NCBI GenBank assembly: GCA_903921835.1
Contig: CAIXRL010000296.1
Location: 1 to 41,058, forward strand
Length of the DNA stretch: 41,058 bases
Source of the DNA: Candidatus Eiseniibacteriota bacterium
GTDB taxonomy: Bacteria; Eisenbacteria; RBG-16-71-46
Direction: 5' to 3'
Shown here in pieces: positions 14,343-21,392 of this stretch. The translations under genes and the position numbers were made by a program. Below the pieces are notes generated by a model. It saw nothing but the letters and a program-made list of their open reading frames with translations. It was not told the origin of the DNA and did not search any database. Every line of letters begins with the position of its first letter. Position 1 is the stretch's first letter.

Positions 14343-16163
14343 ATGGCTGACACCACCACGATCCGCCGTGTCACGGGCGACGTCAATCTCGATGCGACCG
14401 CTGGGACGCCGGCGGAGATTACCGATCTCAACTTTGCGGTCTTCTCGGGCGAGACGATCTACTTCCGCTACGTCGTCCACGTCACCTCCGCCAGCAATAT
14501 CGGGGTGTGCTTCGCCATCAACGGTCCTGCCGGCACGCTTCGCGTCGGCACGCGGCAGCCGTCCAGTGCGACAGTATGCTCCGGCGCGTCGAGTAGCACG
14601 CTCAACGCCGTCATCTTCGCGGAGACGGCCGGCGGAACGGTCCAGCGCATGTGCCTCGTCGAGGGCGTGTTCATCGCCACGGCCGATGGCACACTGAGCC
14701 TGAAAGCCTGCAACGAAGGATCGGGCGCACTCACCCTCTACGAGAACAGCACTGGGGAGTTTGTCTACACCGAGCGTATTCCGATCGGCTACGGCGTTCC
14801 GGCGCTGACACTCGGCGCGACCGGCGAAGGCCGCAGAGTGAGCTACAGCGCGACGGCGACAGTGGCGCTCACGCTGGCACTGGTGGGCGTGGGCGCGGCG
14901 CTACATGCTGGCTCCGGCAGTAGCAGCCTGACGCTGGGCGCGGCCGGCGTAGGCAAGGCTGTCCATTACGGGGCGGGCGCGCCGGCACTCACGCTCAGCG
15001 CGACGGGTGAAGGTGCGGCTCCGGCCGCGGCCGCGAATAACGGATATGGCGTCCCCGCGCTGACCCTGAGCGCAACGGGTGCTGGCGTCTCCGTCCGCTC
15101 TGGATACGGCGTGCCTGCCCTCACGCTGTCCGCCGCGGGCACGGGTGACGCTCCGCCACTCACGGGCTCCGGCGTCGTCAGCCTGACGCTGGCCACGTCT
15201 GGTGTAGGGCGTGCGGAGCATCGAGGCTACGGGACCTCAGCGCTGACGCTCACGGCTGCCGGCGTCGGAGACATGCCGCCGGCGACCGGCTATGGCACGA
15301 GCGCGCTATCGGTGTCGGCGACGGGCGCGGGTCAGACCGTCACGTCAGGGTCAGGCGCGTCCGCCCTCACGCTGACCGCGGCCGGCGTCGGTGTGTCTCC
15401 TCGGTACGGCGGTGGCACCTCCGCGCTGATGCTGGCGACGACTGGCGCTGGTGTGTCGTCTCGCTTCGGCGTGGGCACCGTCCCGCTGTCGCTGTCCGTC
15501 GGTGGCACTGGCCGCCGCGCCGCGTACGGGAGCCACGCGCTGCCGCTCACGCTGGGCGTCGAAGGCGCAGGATGGTCCGCGCGTGCCGGGTGCGGCGCAC
15601 CTGATCTGTCGCTGGTCGCGGCGGGAGAGGGTGAGGCCCCAGCGGTCGGTGTGCGGGACGGCTCCGGCGTCGTCGTGCTGACGCTGGCGGCGCAGGGCGA
15701 AGGACAGTCTCCCTGCGCGGGTAGCGGGGCTCCGGCGCTGTCTTTGGTGGCGGGCGGGTTTGGGGCGCACGTCTCCACCGGTGTCGGCTCTGTCGCCCTT
15801 GATCTCGACGCCGGTGGCGTGGGAGCACAACCAGCGGTCGCCCCGCATGCTGGCTACGGCACGGTTACGGTCTCCCTGGATGCCACTGGCGCAGGAGAGG
15901 CACTATGCGCTGGCGACGGCGTGGTGTCCCTCGTGCTTGGAGTGGTCGGCTCTGGCGGCGGAATTCCTAAAGGATCGGGCGTCGTCACCCTGACGCTGGC
16001 CTGTCATGGTCACGGACCGGTGGCCTTCCTCGCAAGCGCCAGGGTCTACGTGGTCCCGGATGAGCAGCGTCGCCTCGAGATGGACCCAGAGTCGCGGCGG
16101 TACGTCGTGCTGCGGGAGCAGCGCCAGTTCACGGTCGGTCCGGACGAGTCCTCGCGAGGATAG
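14343..16163 (+). CDS. 606-aa repeat protein: N-terminal beta-sandwich-like domain, 20 tandem ~20-aa Gly/Ala/Ser/Thr-rich repeats and a short charged tail
   Basis: The repeat consensus is roughly G-[YS]-G-x-[PS]-A-L-T-L-[ST]-A-x-G-x-G-x(4-8). I counted 20 units between residues 149 and 562. The tail holds an internal duplication (RVYVVPDEQRR / RRYVVLREQRQ). Confidence 0.75.
   Translation: MADTTTIRRVTGDVNLDATAGTPAEITDLNFAVFSGETIYFRYVVHVTSASNIGVCFAINGPAGTLRVGTRQPSSATVCSGASSSTLNAVIFAETAGGTVQRMCLVEGVFIATADGTLSLKACNEGSGALTLYENSTGEFVYTERIPIGYGVPALTLGATGEGRRVSYSATATVALTLALVGVGAALHAGSGSSSLTLGAAGVGKAVHYGAGAPALTLSATGEGAAPAAAANNGYGVPALTLSATGAGVSVRSGYGVPALTLSAAGTGDAPPLTGSGVVSLTLATSGVGRAEHRGYGTSALTLTAAGVGDMPPATGYGTSALSVSATGAGQTVTSGSGASALTLTAAGVGVSPRYGGGTSALMLATTGAGVSSRFGVGTVPLSLSVGGTGRRAAYGSHALPLTLGVEGAGWSARAGCGAPDLSLVAAGEGEAPAVGVRDGSGVVVLTLAAQGEGQSPCAGSGAPALSLVAGGFGAHVSTGVGSVALDLDAGGVGAQPAVAPHAGYGTVTVSLDATGAGEALCAGDGVVSLVLGVVGSGGGIPKGSGVVTLTLACHGHGPVAFLASARVYVVPDEQRRLEMDPESRRYVVLREQRQFTVGPDESSRG
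14787..16028. repeat. Coding tandem-repeat array (20 diverged units of about 54-72 nt)
   Basis: Derived from the protein periodicity. The DNA copies are diverged, so this is an old or selected array rather than a recent slippage product. Confidence 0.8.
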
Positions 16164-16172
16164 GAGAGGGTC

Positions 16173-16475
16173 ATGCCCATCAAGCGCACGATGATGCCCA
16201 CGTTCGACCCGGAGAGCGCCAAGGATTACGGCGTGCTGTGGGCGAGGTGGCTAGAGGCTGGCGAGACGATCACCGCCTCGACGTGGACACTGCCCAGCGG
16301 TCTCGTGCTGGACGAGGACCACGAGGACGACTTCAGCGATACCGAGACGCGGGTCTGGATACGGGCTGACGAAACGGTCGTGATTGGCGAGAACTACGAC
16401 CTCACGAATCACATCGTCACGTCCGCCGGACGTGAAGAGGACCAGACCATCACCATCCCGGTCCGGTCCAGGTGA
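16173..16475 (+). CDS. Hypothetical small beta-rich phage protein (100 aa)
   Basis: The RBS aggagaggg precedes ATG at 16173. The pattern DP..AKDYGVLWARWL..GETITASTW...G...Y.LTNHIVTSAGREEDQTITIPV resembles small Ig-like phage structural or adaptor proteins, but I cannot name the family. Confidence 0.6.
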   Translation: MPIKRTMMPTFDPESAKDYGVLWARWLEAGETITASTWTLPSGLVLDEDHEDDFSDTETRVWIRADETVVIGENYDLTNHIVTSAGREEDQTITIPVRSR

Positions 16476-17374
16476 CGTCCGTCCCCAGGACGGTCAACGT
16501 CGTCTGCCGTAACTGGCAAGACGATCGGGTCCTGCCGCGTTTCGCTCGGTATCTCGCTGACGGTCTCGGCTGGACACTGGCCGCGACGCCCTGCCCGCCG
16601 GAAGACGTCACCGTGTACTACCTGATGGGTTACTTCGAATCGCAGATGTTCACGGCGTGGCCCAGCGCCAGGCCGACCGCCTCGCTCTTTACGCACCGCG
16701 AAGAAGCGCCAGCCGGCAACGCGAAGGCCGCGCTCTACGACGAGATTGCGTGTCTCGTTGACCTGCGGGTCGCGATGTGTCGGCGCTACGCTGAGCCGCT
16801 GCACGCGATCGGACCGACGATTCAGCCTCCGCTGCCAGTCGAGCGAGACCGCTTTACGATCGCGCCGCCGCCGCGACGCCCCCGCCCCGTCGTCGGTCTG
16901 AGTGGATTCACGTACCACAACGCTCGCAAGGGTGAGGACCTGGTCCGTGGCGTCGTCGCGTCCTCGGTTGGAAGGCGCGTCGACTGGATAGCCAGTGGAC
17001 GCGGATGGCCCACGACCATGCGGAGGTACTCCTGGCAGGAGATGCCGCGGTTCTATCAGGGCCTGAACGTGCTCGTGTGCCCGAGCCGCGTCGAGGGCGG
17101 CCCAATGACGGTCCTCGAGGCGCTCGCCTGCGGCGTGCCCGTGGTCGTGCCCGTCGGCGTCGGCATCCTCGACGAGCTGCCCGACATCCCCGGCATCCAT
17201 CGGTATCCGCGTGGCGATCGCGCGGGCCTGGTCGCGGCACTCGGGCGTGCGGCCTTCCCAATCAACGCGCCGGACCGCGACGCGCTACGCGCCGCCACGG
17301 CGGGCCATACCGTCGAGGCGTGGTGCGGCGCGCACGCCAAGGGCTTCTCCGATGTCGTCGAGGCGAGGGGCTGA
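16472..17374 (+). CDS. GT-B fold glycosyltransferase (GT1/GT4-like)
   Basis: GTGA overlap at the start. The C-terminal motif is VLVCPSRVEGGPMTVLEALACGVPVVVP (the E..EG.P....EA.A.G.PV signature). Confidence 0.75.
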   Translation: MTSVPRTVNVVCRNWQDDRVLPRFARYLADGLGWTLAATPCPPEDVTVYYLMGYFESQMFTAWPSARPTASLFTHREEAPAGNAKAALYDEIACLVDLRVAMCRRYAEPLHAIGPTIQPPLPVERDRFTIAPPPRRPRPVVGLSGFTYHNARKGEDLVRGVVASSVGRRVDWIASGRGWPTTMRRYSWQEMPRFYQGLNVLVCPSRVEGGPMTVLEALACGVPVVVPVGVGILDELPDIPGIHRYPRGDRAGLVAALGRAAFPINAPDRDALRAATAGHTVEAWCGAHAKGFSDVVEARG

Positions 17375-17754
17375 TGGCGTTCGAACCGATCTACTACGCC
17401 CTGCACTGCCAGCCTATCGTCGGCCGATCCTTCAAGGTGGGGCACAACGTGCTGATCGACGGGCATGCGCAGATCACGATCGGCGACGACGTCTTCCTCG
17501 GCCACAACGTCATGCTGCTCACAGGCGGGCACGACCCAGGGCAGCGCGGCCCCGCCAGGCAGGCCGCGGTCCGTGCGGCGCCCATCACGATCGGTGACGG
17601 TGTCTGGATCTGCTCTGGCGCGATCGTCTGCCCGGGCGTCGCGATTGGTGCACACGCCGTTGTCGGACCGGGAGCGGTCGTCATGCGGAACGTGCCCGCC
17701 TGCACCATCGTCGGCGGCAACCCTGCGCGGAAGATTCGGAGGCTGGCGCCATGA
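17374..17754 (+). CDS. Hexapeptide-repeat (left-handed beta-helix) acyl/acetyltransferase
   Basis: TGATG junction at the start. Motifs: IGDDVFLGHNVMLLTGGHD...ITIGDGVWICSGAIVCPGVAIGAHAVVGPGAVVMRNVPACTIVGGNPARKI, as in maltose/galactoside O-acetyltransferase-like enzymes. Confidence 0.85.
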   Translation: MAFEPIYYALHCQPIVGRSFKVGHNVLIDGHAQITIGDDVFLGHNVMLLTGGHDPGQRGPARQAAVRAAPITIGDGVWICSGAIVCPGVAIGAHAVVGPGAVVMRNVPACTIVGGNPARKIRRLAP

Positions 17755-18482
17755 GCACTCGTGGCGTGTATGTCGTGGCGTTCGGTCTCCCAGCCAGGGC
17801 CTGCGCCGATCGCCTGATGCGCAGCGTCAAGCTCCACATGCCAGAGATCCCGATCGCGCTCTGCGCCGCGGAACCGATCGGCCCAGAGGATGTCCTCCTC
17901 GCGCAAGCCGACACCGACGTCGGCGGGCGGCGCGCGAAGCTGCTGGCCTACGAGCTCGCGCCGGCAGAGTGGCAGTCCGTGCTCTATCTTGACGCGGACA
18001 CCGAGCTCGTCGCGCCGGTCTATCCGCTCTTCGAATGGGTCGAAGACGGCTGGGAGTTCGTGATCTGTCGCGACGTCGGCGAGACGCTGCATTCGTTCGC
18101 ACGGAAGGGCAACCTGCAGGAGCTCCGCGAGGTCGAGGCTGCCGTCGGCACCTTGTTCGCGGCGCAGTACAACGGCGGCGTGTGGGCCTTCCGGCGCTGT
18201 CCTGCCGTCGCTCGGTTCATGGCGCGCTGGCGCGTGGAGTGGGAGATTCACGCGCAACGCGACCAAGGCGCGTTGATTCGCGCACTCTACGCCGAGCCGG
18301 TCCGAATCCTCCTTCTTGGCTCTGAATGGAACACCTTTCCGAAATACACGCCGACGGTGACGACCGCTGGGATCCTGCACTATCCGATGGAGGCTCGGCG
18401 TTGGGCTGGGAAGTTGCCCGGGCGCATCGACAACGCCGCGGCGTGGGCGGTCGTGCGGAGATGGGAGGCGAGCCGTCCGTGA
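17751..18482 (+). CDS. Nucleotide-diphospho-sugar transferase (GT8-like GT-A fold)
   Basis: ATGA overlap at the start. Motifs: VLYLDADTELV (DxD) and QYNGGVWAF. Confidence 0.65.
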   Translation: MSTRGVYVVAFGLPARACADRLMRSVKLHMPEIPIALCAAEPIGPEDVLLAQADTDVGGRRAKLLAYELAPAEWQSVLYLDADTELVAPVYPLFEWVEDGWEFVICRDVGETLHSFARKGNLQELREVEAAVGTLFAAQYNGGVWAFRRCPAVARFMARWRVEWEIHAQRDQGALIRALYAEPVRILLLGSEWNTFPKYTPTVTTAGILHYPMEARRWAGKLPGRIDNAAAWAVVRRWEASRP

Positions 18483-18931
18483 CGATTCTCAACCTGGGGA
18501 CCGGAAATCGCGTGATAGGAAACGCCTGTAATCACGACCTGGCCAAGCACCGCCCAGAAATTGATGTGGCCTGGGATCTGAACGAGTTCCCATGGCCGTG
18601 GCCCGACGCGAGCTTCGATCTCATCGTCGCCAGGTCAGTCTTCGAGCACTTGCGCCACGACCTGGTGCAGTCCCTCAATGAATGCTGGCGTCTCCTGCGG
18701 CCCCACGGGGAACTGTTCATCAAGCTGCCGTACTGGCAATCAGACGTCAGCCATCAGGACCCGACGCATCGCTGGTTCTTCAGCCTCCGAAGCCTCGACC
18801 AGTTTGACCCCGACACGAAGCGCGGACAGGAGTACGCGTTCTACACGCCGCGTAAATGGAAGGTCGTCACGGCACCGCAACTGAACAGCGCTGGCTCGTC
18901 CCTGATCGCGAAGCTGGAGGTGCGCAAGTGA
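18479..18931 (+). CDS. Class I SAM-dependent methyltransferase (Methyltransf_11/23-like)
   Basis: GTGA overlap at the start. Motifs: ILNLGTGN (motif I), FDLIVARSVFEHL and LRPHGELFIKLP. Confidence 0.7.
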   Translation: MTILNLGTGNRVIGNACNHDLAKHRPEIDVAWDLNEFPWPWPDASFDLIVARSVFEHLRHDLVQSLNECWRLLRPHGELFIKLPYWQSDVSHQDPTHRWFFSLRSLDQFDPDTKRGQEYAFYTPRKWKVVTAPQLNSAGSSLIAKLEVRK

Positions 18932-20103
18932 TGACGCTGCAGCTCGAGGCGGACCAGGCGACGCTGCGCCGTGACCTGGCGGCCCGCTGTCCCGACTATC
19001 CGCGCCCACCGAAGGTCAAGGCGCAACTGCTCGACTACCAGATGATGGCGCTGTTCCTGCTCGCGCGTGACCAGAACCGACCTGGGGCACGCATTCTCGA
19101 GATTGGCACCGGGCACGGCAGTTCGGGCTGGCTCTTGTCGAGAGCCGCGCCGTTGGCGCGCATCACGTCGCTGACGACGTCGGTTGCTGAGCGGGGGATC
19201 GCCGAGCGGCTCTGGCGGAAGGGGGGCTGCCGAAACATTGTGGTGCGCGTCGAGTCATCCTGGGACGTCCTTGCGCGCGACACCGACGCGTGGGATCTGA
19301 TCTTTATCGATGGCGACCACAACCGGATTGCACGCGACCTGCCCTGGTTCAATCGCCTGCGCGAAGGCGGGCTCCTGCTCTGCCATGACTACTCGCCGCA
19401 GGACAGCCGGTCGCCGAGCGGTATCGTGTTCGCGGAACTCAACGCGATGGCGGAGCGCCTCGGCCGACCGTTCGACGTGCGCGTGATCGACGAGGGCAAG
19501 GTCGGGATGGTCGGGTTCTACTGCGGGCCTGGAGAGACGGTCGACTCCCCACCCCAGCCGGCCCAGGCCGCGACGACGCGCCCACTCTCGTCAGGTGCGG
19601 GCCTCGTGCTGCGGCGGGAAGAACCGCAGACGCGGCAACGCGCCCTCGCGAGTCGGTTGGGCGTCTCGGTGTCCGACGACTGGACGCTCCTCTGGCCGCG
19701 GACGCTGTTCGTCGCCGAGGGAGCGATCGTCCCGTGGGACCTCGTCGGCGCCGGGCTCGAGCTCCTGGCACGCTGGGACCTCGCCGCGCCGCTCGCGCCA
19801 GATGCCAAGCTCGCGCAGGACCTCGGCACGCCAGACGATCGCGACCGCACGCGCGCACTTGTGGGGGACCTCCGCATGCCGACCTATGCGCCGGACCTGT
19901 TGTTCGTCCGTGATTCCGACGCCGGCCGTGCGTGCCTCGAGCGGTGGCGCATCGAATGCGACGGTAGTGATGAGCGCCTCGCCTTCCAGCGGGCGCTCTC
20001 GGCCGTCAAGCCGCGCTTCTGCGCGTTGCCGAGGATCTGGCTGGCGGCCCAGGCCGAGCGTGACGCGATCGACCGGCGGTCCGGCGCCAGGAGTCGGCCA
20101 TGA
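18931..20103 (+). CDS. Class I SAM-dependent methyltransferase (O-MTase-like) with a ~190-aa C-terminal domain of unknown function
   Basis: ATG at 18931 (TGATG junction; GTG at 18928 is an alternative start). ILEIGTGHGSS and LIFIDGDHNRIARDLPWFNRLREGGLLLCHDY parallel the 12318 methyltransferase. Confidence 0.7.
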   Translation: MTLQLEADQATLRRDLAARCPDYPRPPKVKAQLLDYQMMALFLLARDQNRPGARILEIGTGHGSSGWLLSRAAPLARITSLTTSVAERGIAERLWRKGGCRNIVVRVESSWDVLARDTDAWDLIFIDGDHNRIARDLPWFNRLREGGLLLCHDYSPQDSRSPSGIVFAELNAMAERLGRPFDVRVIDEGKVGMVGFYCGPGETVDSPPQPAQAATTRPLSSGAGLVLRREEPQTRQRALASRLGVSVSDDWTLLWPRTLFVAEGAIVPWDLVGAGLELLARWDLAAPLAPDAKLAQDLGTPDDRDRTRALVGDLRMPTYAPDLLFVRDSDAGRACLERWRIECDGSDERLAFQRALSAVKPRFCALPRIWLAAQAERDAIDRRSGARSRP

Positions 20104-21119
20104 ACGCCCCGCGCCTGGTCTCGTGCTACTTCGGGTCCGGCGCTGCCGGTCAATGGCCACGCCTGGCGCGCGTGCTCGAGCTCTCCGCGCGCCGGCATTG
20201 TCCCGAGTGGCAGGTCGACGTGCGGGCGATCGTGCCGACGCGTCTCTCGGTGCCGACGCTCACCGCGGCATACGCCCAGAACACGCAGAAGCTGGAATGG
20301 TGGGCGCAGGTCATCGCGGCGGCTCCGGACGGCGATCGCGTGGCCCTGCTCGACGCTGACACGATGGTGCTCGCATCCCTCGACGCCGTATGGGAGCACC
20401 CGTTCGACCTGGCCTACACCACGCGCGCGGAGGGCCATCCGTTCCCGATCAATGCGGGCGTGATCTTCGTGCGAGTCACCGAACAATCGCGAGCCTTCAT
20501 GGTGTCCTGGCGAGACGAGAACCGTCGAATGCTCGTCGACAGCCAGCGCCACAACACGTGGCGCAAGAAGTTCGGCGGGATCAACCAGGCCGCGCTCGGC
20601 TGCCTACTGCCCCAAGCCGACCACCTGGCGTCGCTGTGCGCGTTGCCGTGCGCCGAGTGGAACTGCGAGGACTCGACCTGGGAGACCTTCACGCCGGGCG
20701 CGACGCGGATCGTCCATATCAAGAGCCACCTTCGCCGCGCGATCTTCCTGGGAGTGGCCGGCTCCGGCTCGCTCGCTCGACTGGTCACGCTGTGGCGCGA
20801 GCGTGAGCGAGAGGCGCTGGCCGATCTGCGGTCCCCTGGGCGCCACCAGGTCATGACGGCCCGCCAGGAGGAGGCCGTCCAACCCTCGGCGCAGAATGGT
20901 GCGCCGATCGCGCCGCCTCCAATCCCGACTCCGCGCCCTCACCTCCAGGCGCGCCCGTTCCCTATGCGGCGCCGTGGACGGCCTCGCGGTCCAGGGACGA
21001 TCGCCACCAACGTGCGGATCCCGCAGTCCACGTACGACGCCTATTGCCGTCGCGCCACGGCGGCGGACAAGCCACTGGCCACCGTGCTCCGAGAAGCCCT
21101 CGTGTCTAAGGCGCTCTAA
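20100..21119 (+). CDS. GT-A-like nucleotide-sugar transferase fused in frame, via a Pro-rich linker, to a ribbon-helix-helix-like C-terminal tail
   Basis: ATGA overlap at the start. Motifs: VALLDADTMVL (DxD) and INAGVIFV. The last ~50 aa (RGRPRGPGTIATNVRIPQSTYDAYCRRATAADKPLATVLREALV) look like a CopG/Arc-type RHH. An in-frame ATG at 20964 could also express the tail on its own. Confidence 0.65.
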   Translation: MNAPRLVSCYFGSGAAGQWPRLARVLELSARRHCPEWQVDVRAIVPTRLSVPTLTAAYAQNTQKLEWWAQVIAAAPDGDRVALLDADTMVLASLDAVWEHPFDLAYTTRAEGHPFPINAGVIFVRVTEQSRAFMVSWRDENRRMLVDSQRHNTWRKKFGGINQAALGCLLPQADHLASLCALPCAEWNCEDSTWETFTPGATRIVHIKSHLRRAIFLGVAGSGSLARLVTLWREREREALADLRSPGRHQVMTARQEEAVQPSAQNGAPIAPPPIPTPRPHLQARPFPMRRRGRPRGPGTIATNVRIPQSTYDAYCRRATAADKPLATVLREALVSKAL

Positions 21120-21174
21120 GTATTTCGTATTTCTTGTAGTCAATAAATCGACAACGGCTCGGGACTGAGCGACG
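21120..21174 (+). promoter_or_regulatory. AT-rich intergenic island at the right cassette boundary (possible promoter or recombination scar)
   Basis: gtatttcgtatttcttgtagtcaataaatcgacaa stands out against the GC-rich background and contains the direct repeat GTATTTC x2. I found no convincing -35/-10 pair. Confidence 0.3.
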
Positions 21175-21390
21175 ATGCCTTCCGAGATGGCATACACCGA
21201 GGCCGACCTGAACTCGATTCGGACGGCGCGCCTCCGGGGCGTGCGGACGGTGCAGATTGCCGATCGCGCGACCACGTACACCTCCGATGCGGAGATGCGC
21301 CAGGTCGAACAGGACATCACGCGCGCGCTCGCCGCTATGGCCAGCACGCGGCGGAAGCGCTCCTACGGCGTCTCGAGTAAGGGCTTCTGA
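21175..21390 (+). CDS. gpW-like head-tail joining protein, copy 2 (71 aa)
   Basis: It lies directly upstream of the portal gene, as in lambda. The core VRTVQIADRATTYTSDAEMRQVEQDI resembles lambda gpW. Its length (216 nt) and its C-terminal ...Y..(T/S)SKG(L/F) ending are shared with the 12100 copy. Confidence 0.6.
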   Translation: MPSEMAYTEADLNSIRTARLRGVRTVQIADRATTYTSDAEMRQVEQDITRALAAMASTRRKRSYGVSSKGF

Positions 21391-21392
21391 CG

